From contig CAWGLD010000001.1 in the NCBI GenBank assembly GCA_963823335.1, positions 224,001 to 288,000 of the forward strand: 64,000 bases of DNA, given 5' to 3'. The DNA is from an uncultured delta proteobacterium. GTDB lineage: Bacteria; Desulfobacterota; Desulfobacteria; Desulfobacterales; B30-G6. This document shows, piece by piece, positions 10,571 to 21,617 of the stretch; positions within the stretch are counted from its first letter, which is position 1; each line of letters begins with the position of its first letter. Both the position numbers and the translations under genes were made by a program. The notes beneath the pieces were generated by a model. The model was not told the origin of the DNA, made no database searches, and was given only the letters and a program-made list of their open reading frames with translations.

Positions 10571-10810
10571 AAGGGTTCAAGGATTCGAGGGGTCAAGGGT
10601 TCGAGTGGAATGTTTAGATATTATAAAGAGTTAAACGATAGGGAAGATTGTATAAACTTTGTTTGAATATATATAAGGACTTCAAGAATTAAGAGAAAAG
10701 ATCGGGAATATAGAGAAAAGACTGAAAGCGATGATCAAATCCCTGGGAAACAGACACTTGAACCCTTGAATCCTGGACTCCTTGAACCCTTTCTCCCAAC
10801 TGGGAGAAAA
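10571..10810 (+). pseudogene. Internally deleted four-helix-bundle (23S rRNA IVP-like) gene remnant inside 8-mer inverted repeats
   Basis: MFRYYKEL..(frameshift)YKLCLNIYK and ELREKIGNIEKRLKAMIKSLGNRHLNP*, flanked by AAGGGTTCAAGGATTCGAGG... / ...CCTTGAACCCTT. Confidence 0.6.
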
Positions 10811-10875
10811 TTACATTGTATCTTAAGAATGCACGAAAATTACCAACATTGAACAATTAATGGTATAATACGTTC

Positions 10876-12954
10876 ATGAAAATTCAACGCGTCCTCTTAC
10901 TCATTGCGTCAGTGGTTCTTCTCTGGTCATGTGCCCCTAGGCAACCATTGCCGCCATTGCTCGAACCGACAGCGCCCCCTGAACTTGAAGCCATCGACTA
11001 TGGAAACTTGTTTCTGGAAGCCCAATCCTTGTATGCTGTGCAGTGGTTTGAAGAAGCCCTGCTAAAATATGATTTCTATATTCAACATCAACCCGATGGT
11101 GTCCATGCAGATACCGCACTCAAACAGATGGGTGATATTCACTTTCTGCTAGGTGCTTTTGACTCTGCCAGAAATGCCTACAGGACCCTCCTCGAGAGAC
11201 ACCCGCAAAGCCCCCTGGTGCCGGATGTGAGGCTCGCCATGCTGGAAACATATGCCCGGGAAGGAAAATATGAAGAGCTTATCCGCTATTCGTTTGAAAT
11301 TCCGGACAGCCTGCTCACCCCGGCGCAGCTCCTGAGAAAGGAAACCATGACGGGGGACGCCTATCTGGCCACGGATTCACCGGTGGACGCTTTTTACTTT
11401 TACAGCCTGGTATATGATCAATCCCCTCTCCTGTTAAAGGACCAGACCCTTGAAAAGCTGAAAGAGGTTCTGCCACACCTCAACACCATCAACACCATCT
11501 ATCTGCTGGACCGCTTGAAAGACGGCGTGTTGCGGGGACACCTGCTTTATCATTTGGGATTGCTCAACCTCGAGACCGGCAGAACCGACGATGCCATTGC
11601 AACCCTTTCAGAACTCGTGAACCGCCACCCGGTGCACGAGCAGGCCGGGAAAGCCAGACTACTGATCCTGGAGATCTTTACGGAATCGATTTCAAGTCCC
11701 CATTCCATCGGTTGCCTACTACCCCTCAGCGGTCCCTACAAGACCTACGGTGAAAAAGCCCTGCAGGGCATTGAACTCGCCCTGAACGAATACCATCGCA
11801 CCCACAAGGAAAAACCGATCCATTTCATCGTCAAAGATACAGCATCGGACCCCTTTCAGGCTGTTCAGGCGGTAAGAGAACTCGATGAAGCCAATGTTTC
11901 CGCAATCATCGGTCCCATCTTCTCGGCCGAGCCGGCTGCCATGGAAGCGCAGAGCAGGGGAATTCCCATTATTCTTTTCACCCAAAAGGACGATATCACA
12001 CGGATTGGTGAGTTTGTTTTCAGGAATTTTATAACACCCCGGATGCAGATCGAGCCCTTGGCTGCATATGCGGTAAAACGTATGGGCCTCAAGCGATTTG
12101 CCATCCTCTACCCGGATGAAAACTATGGCAACACATACATGAATCTCTTCTGGGATGAAGTGCTTTCCCTGGGCGGGGCTGTTGTCGGTGTTGAATCGTA
12201 TGACCCTATGGATACGGACTTTGCCAAGCCCATCAAAAAACTGGTGGGTCTTTATTATGAGGTGCCAAAGGAACTCGAGATTGACTTCACGTTTACTCCC
12301 GAAGATGAAGTGAACCAGGATCCAATGGCAAAAACAACCACCAACATGTTGGCCTTCCTACCCCATGAGATAAAGAAAATACCGCAACTCTATTTCTGGG
12401 GATTTCCACAAGCACTGGGTCCGCTGGCGAACGATGTCGCTCAGGGTAGAAAACGGGATGACGCGCTTGAACCCATCGTCGATTTCGATGCCCTGTTCAT
12501 ACCGGATGCGGCCAAAAAGTCAGGCCTGATTACCCCCCAGCTGGCCTATTTTGATGTCGAAGACGTGGTATTGATGGGGACCAATCTGTGGCACTCCCAA
12601 CAACTGATCGACATGTCACAGGACTACATCCAGAAAGCCGTCTTGACGGATGGCTTTTTTCCCGAGAGCAAGAACCCCAGGGTCAGGGTTTTCTTGAAAT
12701 ATTTTCAGGACACCTTTGACGAAAATCCGGGATTCATCGAGGCTGTTGCTTATGATTCCGCCAAGATCCTCCTGCAGACACTTGTCAACCCGGGCATCCG
12801 TTTCAAGAGTCATCTCAAAGACGAGTTGCTGAACCTGATTGATTTTCCCGGCGTGACCGGATCGACATCCTTCGATTACAAGGGGGATGCCATCAGGGGC
12901 CCTTATATCCTGCGGGTCAAAGGGCGTTCGTTCGAGTCCCTGCAGAATCCCTGA
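10876..12954 (+). CDS. Lipoprotein, TPR plus LppC/LpoA-like periplasmic-binding fold (penicillin-binding protein activator-like)
   Basis: Lipobox LLWS-C, TPR-like helices, IGCLLPLSG, IIGP, AYD...GVTG. Confidence 0.75.
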   Translation: MKIQRVLLLIASVVLLWSCAPRQPLPPLLEPTAPPELEAIDYGNLFLEAQSLYAVQWFEEALLKYDFYIQHQPDGVHADTALKQMGDIHFLLGAFDSARNAYRTLLERHPQSPLVPDVRLAMLETYAREGKYEELIRYSFEIPDSLLTPAQLLRKETMTGDAYLATDSPVDAFYFYSLVYDQSPLLLKDQTLEKLKEVLPHLNTINTIYLLDRLKDGVLRGHLLYHLGLLNLETGRTDDAIATLSELVNRHPVHEQAGKARLLILEIFTESISSPHSIGCLLPLSGPYKTYGEKALQGIELALNEYHRTHKEKPIHFIVKDTASDPFQAVQAVRELDEANVSAIIGPIFSAEPAAMEAQSRGIPIILFTQKDDITRIGEFVFRNFITPRMQIEPLAAYAVKRMGLKRFAILYPDENYGNTYMNLFWDEVLSLGGAVVGVESYDPMDTDFAKPIKKLVGLYYEVPKELEIDFTFTPEDEVNQDPMAKTTTNMLAFLPHEIKKIPQLYFWGFPQALGPLANDVAQGRKRDDALEPIVDFDALFIPDAAKKSGLITPQLAYFDVEDVVLMGTNLWHSQQLIDMSQDYIQKAVLTDGFFPESKNPRVRVFLKYFQDTFDENPGFIEAVAYDSAKILLQTLVNPGIRFKSHLKDELLNLIDFPGVTGSTSFDYKGDAIRGPYILRVKGRSFESLQNP

Positions 12955-13048
12955 AAACAGTCAGGAAATTAGAGGCCATCTCAAAAAAAAAGGGTTTTGG
13001 TTGAAGATCAAGATACCCTATTTTACCTCATAAAGGAGCGAAATAAAC

Positions 13049-14728
13049 ATGAGCAACACCCCCGATAAAATAATTTACTCCATGATCAGGGTCAGCAAGT
13101 ATTATGACAAAAAGGCGGTATTGAAGGATATTTCCCTGTCATACTTCCATGGCGCCAAGATCGGTGTTCTGGGCCTCAATGGCGCTGGAAAGTCATCCCT
13201 GCTGCGAATCCTGGCCGGCGAGGATAAGGAATTCAACGGTGAAACCATCCTCTCCAAGGGCTTCACGGTGGGCTACCTGGAGCAGGAACCACTGGTGAAC
13301 ATCGATAAAAGCGTACGTGAGGTCGTAGAAGAGGGCGTTCAGGAGACGGTTGATCTGCTCAGGGAATTTGAAGAGATCAACAACAGTTTTGCCGAGCCCA
13401 TGGATGACGCGGCCATGGAAAAACTCATTGAACGCCAGGGGCAGGTTCAGGAAAAGCTGGATGCCCACGATGCCTGGGAGCTCGATTCCCGGCTGGAAAT
13501 GGCCATGGATGCCCTGCGCTGCCCCCCGGGGGAAGTCCGGATCAACGTGCTGTCGGGGGGTGAAAAACGGCGTGTGGCCCTTTGTCGTCTTTTGCTGCAG
13601 AAACCCGACATCCTGTTGTTGGACGAACCCACCAACCATCTGGATGCGGAAAGTGTGGCCTGGCTGGAACACCACCTGCAGCAATATTCCGGGACGGTCA
13701 TCGCCGTCACCCACGATCGTTACTTTCTGGACAATGTGGCCGGCTGGATCCTCGAACTGGACAGGGGTCAGGGCATTCCCTGGAAAGGCAACTACTCGTC
13801 ATGGCTGGAACAAAAAATGGAGCGTCTGCGTCGGGAGGAAAAAGCCCAGAGCGCCCGTCAGAAAACACTGGCCCGGGAGTTGGAGTGGATCCGCCTGACC
13901 CCCAAAGGACGCCATGCAAAGAACCAGTCCCGGGTCAATGCCTATGAAAAGCTGATGGCCCAGGAAGAGCAAACCCAGGACAAAGAGCTGGAGCTGTATA
14001 TCCCGCCTGGCCCGCGCCTGGGTGACGTGGTTATCGAGGCGGATGGTGTGACCAAGGCCTATGACGATCATCTGCTCGTGGAAAAGATGTGTTTCCAACT
14101 GCCCCCGGGCGCCATCGTGGGCGTCATCGGGCCCAATGGCGCCGGTAAAACCACCCTGTTCAGAATGATCACCGGCCAGGAAAAAGCCGACAGCGGACTT
14201 TTCAAAATCGGTGAAACCGTTCAGCTGGCATACGTGGACCAGAACCGCGAGCTGGACCCCAAAAAAAGTGTCTGGGAAGAGATTACCGGGGGACAGGAAC
14301 TGCTCGAAATCGGCGAAAGAACCATCAACTCCCGTGCCTATGTGGCCCGCTTCAACTTGTCCGGTTCGGAACAGCAACGCAAGGTGGCGGATCTCTCCGG
14401 AGGACAGCGCAACAGGGTTCATCTGGCCAAGATGCTCAAGGAAGGGGCCAACGTCCTGCTGCTGGATGAACCCACCAACGACCTGGATGTCAACACCCTG
14501 AGAGCCCTGGAGGAAGCGCTGGAAAACTTCGGCGGCTGTGCGGTGGTGATCAGCCACGACCGCTGGTTTTTGGATCGCATCACCACCCATATCCTGGCCT
14601 TCGAGGGAGACAGCCAGGTTGTTTTTTTCAACGGCAACTGGACAGAATACGAGGCTGACCGCAAGAAACGCCTGGGTGTCGATGCTGAAATACCGCGACG
14701 AATCCGGTATCGCCAGTTGACGCGCTGA
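13049..14728 (+). CDS. ettA: Energy-dependent translational throttle ABC-F protein EttA
   Basis: Two ABC domains ([16 protein letters not shown]), LSGGE/LSGGQ, DEPTN, ELEWIR linker. Confidence 0.95.
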   Translation: MSNTPDKIIYSMIRVSKYYDKKAVLKDISLSYFHGAKIGVLGLNGAGKSSLLRILAGEDKEFNGETILSKGFTVGYLEQEPLVNIDKSVREVVEEGVQETVDLLREFEEINNSFAEPMDDAAMEKLIERQGQVQEKLDAHDAWELDSRLEMAMDALRCPPGEVRINVLSGGEKRRVALCRLLLQKPDILLLDEPTNHLDAESVAWLEHHLQQYSGTVIAVTHDRYFLDNVAGWILELDRGQGIPWKGNYSSWLEQKMERLRREEKAQSARQKTLARELEWIRLTPKGRHAKNQSRVNAYEKLMAQEEQTQDKELELYIPPGPRLGDVVIEADGVTKAYDDHLLVEKMCFQLPPGAIVGVIGPNGAGKTTLFRMITGQEKADSGLFKIGETVQLAYVDQNRELDPKKSVWEEITGGQELLEIGERTINSRAYVARFNLSGSEQQRKVADLSGGQRNRVHLAKMLKEGANVLLLDEPTNDLDVNTLRALEEALENFGGCAVVISHDRWFLDRITTHILAFEGDSQVVFFNGNWTEYEADRKKRLGVDAEIPRRIRYRQLTR

Positions 14729-14743
14729 TCTTGGTATGGACAC

Positions 14744-14886
14744 TATAACCTATCTCAAAATAAAGATCGGAGTTCATGGCAAGGCGTAACACAGCGAAAA
14801 AGCGGAGCATACACGTAGTATGTGAGCATTTTGAGATGTTTTGCAACACCGCCATGGGCACTTAGATTATTTTGAGATGGGTTCTA
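14744..14886 (+). mobile_element. MITE-like long hairpin element (copy A)
   Basis: Terminal IRs TATAACCTATCTCAAAATAA / TTATTTTGAGATGGGTTCTA; internal AAGGC...AACACC. Confidence 0.75.
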
Positions 14887-15828
14887 GCTTGCAACCCAGA
14901 CAGCGACATTGTACGTCGAAGAAATCAGCTTGTCACTGACCCTGCCGTGAAGCATTTTCTCCATAAACCCGACAGCTTCCCGGCGGCCTACGACGATGGT
15001 CCCGTAATTGCCCGCCAGGGCCGTGTCGACGATTTTCTGTATGGCACTGCCATGGTGCAGCAGGAAATTAACGGAAATATTCTTTTCCTTCATACCGGCT
15101 TTCACAAGGCGTTGAACAGCCTCGATCATATATGGTTGGAAACGGTTTTGATTATATTTAACTACAGACTCCTCGGTTATCGAATCACTTGTCTCACAAT
15201 CAGATATGGGCGACAGGTTCTGGAGGTTGAACACGTGACAAAGAGAGACTTCCAGCTCCCGGGCATGGGATAGATCGCCAATGCAGGTGGTGGCCCTCAT
15301 AGCCTCGATGGATTCATCCAGGGCAATCAGTATTTTGCTGGATGCTGGTTTGCCGCCAACAACAATGATGGGAATATGCCTGATCTTTTCAATCAGTTTG
15401 AAAGCCATGCTTCCCACTACGATATCTTTCAGCCGACTGACACCGGTTCGCCCCACAACCAGGGCGTGGTAGTTCTGATACGATTCCTGAACGATATCCT
15501 TGAGCAGGTTGGTTTTTTTTGTCTGCGTTTTTACGCTGACGGCATCTTTCGGAAACCCGGCATCGGCAAGAATCTTGAACGCTTTTTCTTTGAACTCGCC
15601 GATGACCAGCTGGCTGTCAGCCAGCCATTTTTCCAGCGGTTCCTTTTTTGACTGATAAAGAGGATTGTTATTCATGGCCCAATAAACGTCCGGAAATCCC
15701 GTTCCAACGCTGAGCAGTACAACTTCCGTCTGGTCCGGAGGAACAATCATGCTGATATAACGAACCGCTTCCAGGGCTTGATCCGAGCCGTCGATGGCGA
15801 TCAATATCTTTCTTCGAATGACTGCCAA
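14884..15828 (-). CDS. Tandem universal stress protein
   Basis: Two USP repeats: KILIAIDGS...VVGRTG...VGS and KILIALDES...VVGRR...GRVS. Confidence 0.85.
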   Translation of the reverse strand: MAVIRRKILIAIDGSDQALEAVRYISMIVPPDQTEVVLLSVGTGFPDVYWAMNNNPLYQSKKEPLEKWLADSQLVIGEFKEKAFKILADAGFPKDAVSVKTQTKKTNLLKDIVQESYQNYHALVVGRTGVSRLKDIVVGSMAFKLIEKIRHIPIIVVGGKPASSKILIALDESIEAMRATTCIGDLSHARELEVSLCHVFNLQNLSPISDCETSDSITEESVVKYNQNRFQPYMIEAVQRLVKAGMKEKNISVNFLLHHGSAIQKIVDTALAGNYGTIVVGRREAVGFMEKMLHGRVSDKLISSTYNVAVWVAS

Positions 15829-16038
15829 ATTGCCTCCTGATTTCAGTGATATGGATTTATTATTTTGACACGATCAGTTATGACCTTTGGATCTTCTCCC
15901 AATAAGTTGGGAGAAAGGGTTCAATCCTTGAATCCTTAATTTGGATCCACTCTTTGGGAGATGATCCATATTTTATCATGTTTGAAGTGTTTCGTCACAT
16001 CAGAATTCTGATCTGCCATGAATTGCCGCCAAGATAGT

Positions 16039-16950
16039 CTATCCCCGCCATTCGGTGTCATCCACCGTGGTCTTGAAATCCGGTGCAACGATCTTCGGTG
16101 CGTCTAAAGATTCAGCTTTATCCTGTTCCTGGGGTGATGGTTTGCCGACAAATACAAGACGTTGGCGTTTGCAATTCCTGCAGGCCTCCAGTACCTTCAA
16201 GGAGCAGTCAGGCGTGTAGGCATCATAATTGATGGTGGAAAGGTTGTTTTCCAGGGTAAAGAGGTCGGAAGTCCTGGCACAGGCGCCACAGCCGATGCAG
16301 CCGACCCTGCACACGCTGATGACGTCCTTACCCTTGTCCTTGTTGGCACAGGTTACCGCCAGCATCCGTTCGGCTTTGAAAGGGGTGATGCTGATAATAT
16401 TGCGCGGGCAAACCCGGCCGCAGGCCCCACAACCGACGCATTTTTCATAATCCACCGTTGCCAGGCCGTCAACCACATGAATGGCATCGAAGTCACAAAC
16501 CCGTGTACAGTCACCGAAACCGAGACATCCGTACGTGCATCCCTGAACATCGGTGACCAGATTGGCGGCCACACAACGCATGTCACCGCGGTATTCGCTT
16601 TTTCCCAGACGGTCCCCAAAATGAGCGCCGCAGTGTACGATGGGACGATAAGGGAGCGTCTCTCCCACTTCGACCCCCATGACACCGGCCACTTCCAGCG
16701 CACAAATGTTCCCGCCCACTGTGCACAGGTTGACCTGCTCATGTTCCAGGGCCACCGCCTCGGCGTATTCGCCGCAACCCACGTATCCACAGCCACCACA
16801 GTTGGCGCCGGGAAGGGCTTCAATGATAGCCAGGACCCGCTGATCCACGTCCACATGAAATCTTCTGTTGGCCCAACCGAGAATAGATGTCAGCACCAAT
16901 GCCATAAAAAGCATCGTTGCAGCGGATAGACCGATGGTAATCCAGGTCAT
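16039..16950 (-). CDS. rnfB: Rnf complex subunit B
   Basis: LPGANCGGCGYVGC, GCLGFGDC, ferredoxin CxxCxxC motifs; last gene of the rnf operon. Confidence 0.92.
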   Translation of the reverse strand: MTWITIGLSAATMLFMALVLTSILGWANRRFHVDVDQRVLAIIEALPGANCGGCGYVGCGEYAEAVALEHEQVNLCTVGGNICALEVAGVMGVEVGETLPYRPIVHCGAHFGDRLGKSEYRGDMRCVAANLVTDVQGCTYGCLGFGDCTRVCDFDAIHVVDGLATVDYEKCVGCGACGRVCPRNIISITPFKAERMLAVTCANKDKGKDVISVCRVGCIGCGACARTSDLFTLENNLSTINYDAYTPDCSLKVLEACRNCKRQRLVFVGKPSPQEQDKAESLDAPKIVAPDFKTTVDDTEWRG

Positions 16951-17029
16951 TGACCCTCCAAATTTTCCCCTGCACTGCTCTGGCGGGGAGTACCCGTCCT
17001 AAATATCCGGTTCACGGGACCAGATCCCT

Positions 17030-17725
17030 CTACATGATCGCCGCCCGAATACCACTGTCCACCCCGGTAAAACCCATGAAGGCCATAGCCAGGATGCCGC
17101 CGACGATCAGGGTGATGGCAGCCCCCTTGAAAGGTGCCGGAATATCACATAGATCGAGCTCTTCACGGATGCCGGCCATGATGACAATGGCGATGGTGAA
17201 ACCCACCCCACCGAAGATACCCAGCACCAGCGCATGCCCCAGATCCCAGGCTTCGGCAGGATTTTCAACACCCACAACCTTGCTCATGACCAGAAGGCAG
17301 GCAAACAAAATGGCACAGTTGGTCGTGATCAGCGGTAAAAAGACACCAAAAGACTTGTATAAAGGCGGATAAAACCTGCGCATGTACATTTCCACAAACT
17401 GAACTGACGACGATATGGAAAAGATATAGACGATATAGGACAGGATGGTCAGGTCAATTCCGGATGCCTGCTCGGTCGGTATGAAAAACCCGGCCACCCA
17501 GCTCGAGATAGGTGCACCCGGGGCCAGGACAAGCGTGGTAATGGTCCAGCTGATGAATACGGCGATGGTCATTACAAATGTCACGGCACTTCCCATACCC
17601 ACAGCCATGTCCACCTGGCGGGACACCCCGATGAACGGACAGATACCGACAAAATAGTAAAGCACAAAATTGTTGATCAGGGCTGCACCAAGGGCGATCA
17701 AAAAAATGTCAAAAAGATACATCAT
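17030..17725 (-). CDS. rnfA: Rnf complex subunit A
   Basis: [23 protein letters not shown]. Confidence 0.92.
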   Translation of the reverse strand: MMYLFDIFLIALGAALINNFVLYYFVGICPFIGVSRQVDMAVGMGSAVTFVMTIAVFISWTITTLVLAPGAPISSWVAGFFIPTEQASGIDLTILSYIVYIFSISSSVQFVEMYMRRFYPPLYKSFGVFLPLITTNCAILFACLLVMSKVVGVENPAEAWDLGHALVLGIFGGVGFTIAIVIMAGIREELDLCDIPAPFKGAAITLIVGGILAMAFMGFTGVDSGIRAAIM

Positions 17726-17728
17726 GGC

Positions 17729-18355
17729 CTATTTCCCCCCTTGGGCCTTAGCAGCGCGCATGGCATTGACCCAGTTGATCAACGCCAAGAGCATGCCAAA
17801 AGTTAAAAATGCGCCGGGCGGCAGCACCATGATCACCCAGTCGGGCCAGGTCTCCGGAAGAACAGGTATGCCCAACAGCATGCCGGTGCCCAGGATCTCA
17901 CGAACCGCGGCAATACTGGCCAGGGCGAGGCCAAACCCCAGGGATTGGCCCAGGGCATCACCCGCCGCAGCCAAGGGTCCCTGTCTGGAAGCACAGACTT
18001 CACAACGACAGATGATGATACAGTTGACGATGATCAAAGGAATATACGGCCCCAGAGTCTTGCTCATCGGGTACATGTAGGCACTCAGAACGCGATCGAC
18101 AATGGTCACAAAGGTGGCAATGGTCAAGGTGAAAATAACGATCCGCAAATGAGGTTTCAGCAGACCCCGGATCAGGCTGATGATCACATTGGCACACAGC
18201 AGCACCACGCCGACAGCCATGGCCATGGTCAGGGCGGGTTTCAGACCGCTGGTCACTGCAAGGGTCGGACACAGCCCGAGAAGTTGCCGGTATACCGGGT
18301 TTTCCGGCAGGATGCCTTGAACAAAGCGCTCAATCGGTGTTGGAAGTTGGTTCAT
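17729..18355 (-). CDS. rnfE: Rnf complex subunit E
   Basis: ENPV..LLGLCPTLAVT, IPLIIVNC, REILG, LPPGAF. Confidence 0.93.
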   Translation of the reverse strand: MNQLPTPIERFVQGILPENPVYRQLLGLCPTLAVTSGLKPALTMAMAVGVVLLCANVIISLIRGLLKPHLRIVIFTLTIATFVTIVDRVLSAYMYPMSKTLGPYIPLIIVNCIIICRCEVCASRQGPLAAAGDALGQSLGFGLALASIAAVREILGTGMLLGIPVLPETWPDWVIMVLPPGAFLTFGMLLALINWVNAMRAAKAQGGK

Positions 18356-19041
18356 GGCCGCACCTCTGTAGATAACTGGACAGCACCCTGAGCGAGTTGT
18401 CCTTTGATATCACTCACGGTCTGGTTTACAATCCAGGCAACACTGCGGGAAGAAATGGTCGCACCGGTTATTGCATCGATGGCGTGCAATTCCTTAGCGG
18501 CCCCTTTTAGCACCACCAGGGGGGTGTCTGTCTTTTTTCCCACAAACTGTTTTCGCCATTCAGGAAAGGTAATCTTGTTGCCCAGGCCGGGTGTCTCTTT
18601 CTGCTCGAGAATAAAGAGACCCGTTATGGTTTCGGCATTCGGGTCCATGCCGATGAGGGCTTCGATGGTGTCTGCGTAGCCCTGCCCCCTGGATTTGACC
18701 ACCCAGCCGGACAGCAATTTGCCACGGGATACCCGAAAAATGGAATACGTATTTGTCCTTTGACCTTTCTTTACGGATACGGTGCCGGGAACTATCTCCA
18801 TTGGATGCTGGGTGTCGGCGGTTTTTGGTACAGCATCGTCCCCCCACACAAGTGCTGGTACCTGGGTCAGTGTTTCGTTCATCTTGTTGGCCGCAATTAA
18901 CCCGCTGAGTCTGGTCTGAACAAAGGCCAGGGAAGCACCAAAGCTGATGGCAAGCACAAGCACAAGCCAGGCCTGAACCAGGACATTGTTTTGAAACATA
19001 CCGCCACTACCCGTCACACTGCTTTTTATGGTTATTCCCAA
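18352..19041 (-). CDS. rnfG: Rnf complex subunit G (FMN-binding)
   Basis: ETPGLG, DAITGATISS FMN-attachment motif. Confidence 0.9.
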   Translation of the reverse strand: MGITIKSSVTGSGGMFQNNVLVQAWLVLVLAISFGASLAFVQTRLSGLIAANKMNETLTQVPALVWGDDAVPKTADTQHPMEIVPGTVSVKKGQRTNTYSIFRVSRGKLLSGWVVKSRGQGYADTIEALIGMDPNAETITGLFILEQKETPGLGNKITFPEWRKQFVGKKTDTPLVVLKGAAKELHAIDAITGATISSRSVAWIVNQTVSDIKGQLAQGAVQLSTEVRP

Positions 19042-20025
19042 TTAAACGCCTCCAAAGGGCCTGGGGATGGTCCAGCGGTTGATTAGCGGGGTCAGGGCAT
19101 TCATGAGAAGCACGGCAAACATGACACCTTCCGGGTATCCGCTGAACAGACGCAGTATCATTACCAGCACACCGATACCGATACCAAAAATCCATTTCCC
19201 TCTGGGCGTCAACGGGCTGGTTACCGGATCGGTGGCGATGAAAAAAGCCCCGAACAGAAGTGCCCCACCCATGACATGGTGCACCACGGTCCATGAATCG
19301 GCCGGACTGGTCAGATTGGCAATACCGCCAATGGCCACAGACGCGGCTATCATACCAGCCGGGATTTCCCAGGAAGCCACACGTCGAACACACAGGTAAA
19401 GCCCACCCAGCAGACAGGCAGGCACGCTGGTTTCTCCCAGTGAACCATTGGTATATCCCCAGAACATAGGTGCCAGAGAGGTGCTAACATCGGACAGTTT
19501 GTGTGCTGTCAGGGGTGTCGCCTGGGAGAGAATATCCACGTTGGCGGATAGATCCACATATCCGGAAGCGCCAAGACTGCCGGCAAAGGATATCATGACA
19601 AAGGCACGTCCCACCATGGCCGGGTTGAAAATGTTCATCCCCACACCACCAAAGACCATTTTTCCGATACCCATGGCGACCATGGCGCCGATACAGCCCA
19701 CGTACCAGGGGGCCGTCGCCGGCAAAGACAATCCCAGGATCAATCCGGTCACCACGGCGGATAAATCGCCGACACTCACCGGTTTGGAACACATGCGGGT
19801 AAAAACCAACTCGGCACCCAGACAGCTTGTTACACAGATCAGCAGCTGCATGACGGCCGCCCATTTAAAAAACCACACCGCCGCAATCACCAGGGGGGTC
19901 AAGGCGATAATCACATCACGCATCATGCCCGGGATGGTCATACCCATGTTGAACATATGGGGAGATGGGGCCACGTGGATAACGGGGCTGTTCGGGTGGG
20001 CATCGTTTTTTTGTTTTGCGTTCAT
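19042..20025 (-). CDS. rnfD: Rnf complex subunit D
   Basis: SPH, FGGVGMNIFNPA, SQATP, GETS, ATDP. Start reassigned to ATG 20025, which overlaps the rnfC stop (ATGA). Confidence 0.92.
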   Translation of the reverse strand: MNAKQKNDAHPNSPVIHVAPSPHMFNMGMTIPGMMRDVIIALTPLVIAAVWFFKWAAVMQLLICVTSCLGAELVFTRMCSKPVSVGDLSAVVTGLILGLSLPATAPWYVGCIGAMVAMGIGKMVFGGVGMNIFNPAMVGRAFVMISFAGSLGASGYVDLSANVDILSQATPLTAHKLSDVSTSLAPMFWGYTNGSLGETSVPACLLGGLYLCVRRVASWEIPAGMIAASVAIGGIANLTSPADSWTVVHHVMGGALLFGAFFIATDPVTSPLTPRGKWIFGIGIGVLVMILRLFSGYPEGVMFAVLLMNALTPLINRWTIPRPFGGV

Positions 20026-21413
20026 TTTCTCGCTTCTGCTGCAATCCGGGTCTTGCCCGTTCGGATGAGCTGCACCAGGGGCAGCCCTGCCGGGCATATA
20101 TATGAACAGGAACCACATTCAAAACAGGCCAAAATATTGTATTTGCGTGCCAGATTCAATTCATTGAGCCGGGAGGCCGTCGCGATCTTGGTAGGCACCA
20201 GGTTCATGGGACAGACATCCACACAGCGACCGCAACGAATGCAGACAGTGCGTCCCACCCGCCGTATTTCTTCATGGGTCAGAACCGTAATGCCACTGGT
20301 TCCTTTGGTTACCGGGATGCCGGGGTTTGTAAATGCAAAACCCATCATGGGACCGCCGGCTATGATACGGGCTGCTGTCTGCCGCAGACCACCGCAATAG
20401 TCGATGAGTTCACCCATGGCAATACCGATAGGAACCAGCAGGTTCTTGGGCTGGACAATGCCACCGCCGGTGACGCTCACCACACGGTGAGTCAGGGGGA
20501 GACTGCGCATCACGCCCCGGGCCAGACTGGTAGCCGTGGCCACGTTTGTCATGGCCACTCCGATATCGGAAGGAAGGCCTCCCAGGGGAACCTCCCGGTT
20601 CAAAACGGCTTTGATCAGGTGCTTTTCACTTCCCTGAGGATATTTTGTCCTGAGAACAGCGATGTGAATTCCGGCGCCGGATGCCGCGCGCCGCAGTGAT
20701 GCCACCGCTTCCATCTTGTTGTCCTCGATACCGATATAGGTCTTTTTTGCACCTACGGCCCTGGTTGCCAGCAAAGCCCCTGCCACCACAGCCTCGGGGG
20801 CTTCCACCATCACCCGGTAATCGGTGGTGAGATAGGGTTCGCACTCGCATCCGTTGACCATCAAGGTATCGATGGGTTTCTGGTCATTGGAGGTGATTTT
20901 CACGTGCGTAGGGAAGGCTGCACCGCCAAGTCCCACGATACCAGCCTCATGAATAGCCTCGGATATTTTTTCAGGAACCATGGTCTGGTAGGTTTTCTGG
21001 GGCCATTTTCCACCAAACATTTGGTCCCACAACGCTTGACCGTCAACCTGTCCTCCAGCGGCTTTGATGGCAATAGCCTGTAGATGTCGCCCATTTGCCA
21101 AGGTCACCGTTTCCATCTTCTGGACCACACCGGAGATGGGGGCGTGCAGGGAAGCGGAGACAAAAACCTCGCCTTTGCCGACCATTTCTCCGAAAATTAC
21201 CGCTTGTTTGGCTTTGACCATGGGTGTGCAGGGCCCGCCGATGTGCTGCTGCAGGGGCAGAAGTACCTTTTCCGGAGTGGGCATGATTTCGATGGGCGAA
21301 TCAGCTGCCAGGTTTTTTTGCTCCGGTGGATGAACCCCGTGTGTAAAAGTACCCCGTCCAGGATACGAGTCCGTGGTGTAATGTTTTTGATAGCGCTTTC
21401 TCAGAAAAACCAT
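20022..21413 (-). CDS. rnfC: Rnf complex subunit C
   Basis: GIVGLGGAAFPT, NGCECEPYLT, KYPQGSEK, GGPMMG, CIRCGRC, CFECGSC. Confidence 0.95.
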   Translation of the reverse strand: MVFLRKRYQKHYTTDSYPGRGTFTHGVHPPEQKNLAADSPIEIMPTPEKVLLPLQQHIGGPCTPMVKAKQAVIFGEMVGKGEVFVSASLHAPISGVVQKMETVTLANGRHLQAIAIKAAGGQVDGQALWDQMFGGKWPQKTYQTMVPEKISEAIHEAGIVGLGGAAFPTHVKITSNDQKPIDTLMVNGCECEPYLTTDYRVMVEAPEAVVAGALLATRAVGAKKTYIGIEDNKMEAVASLRRAASGAGIHIAVLRTKYPQGSEKHLIKAVLNREVPLGGLPSDIGVAMTNVATATSLARGVMRSLPLTHRVVSVTGGGIVQPKNLLVPIGIAMGELIDYCGGLRQTAARIIAGGPMMGFAFTNPGIPVTKGTSGITVLTHEEIRRVGRTVCIRCGRCVDVCPMNLVPTKIATASRLNELNLARKYNILACFECGSCSYICPAGLPLVQLIRTGKTRIAAEARK

Positions 21414-21595
21414 TTATCTGTTCATTTCAAACAAGAATATTGAAGTACCCCGCAGCATGCAAAGCACTGCCGAACGGCAAAACCTGCCGGGGAGGCTCTC
21501 GCTGTTGCAGTTCACCCATTGTTCGGTTTTTAATCGGCTCGACACGACAGACTGGGTCTGCAATCTCATTCCTTATGTCGTGACCTGGCATGATT

Positions 21596-21617
21596 GTTAT
21601 TGACCTAAGTCAATAAC
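21596..21617. promoter_or_regulatory. Palindromic operator upstream of rnfC (CRP/FNR-like)
   Basis: GTTATTGAC-CTAA-GTCAATAAC, perfect inverted repeat. Confidence 0.55.
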
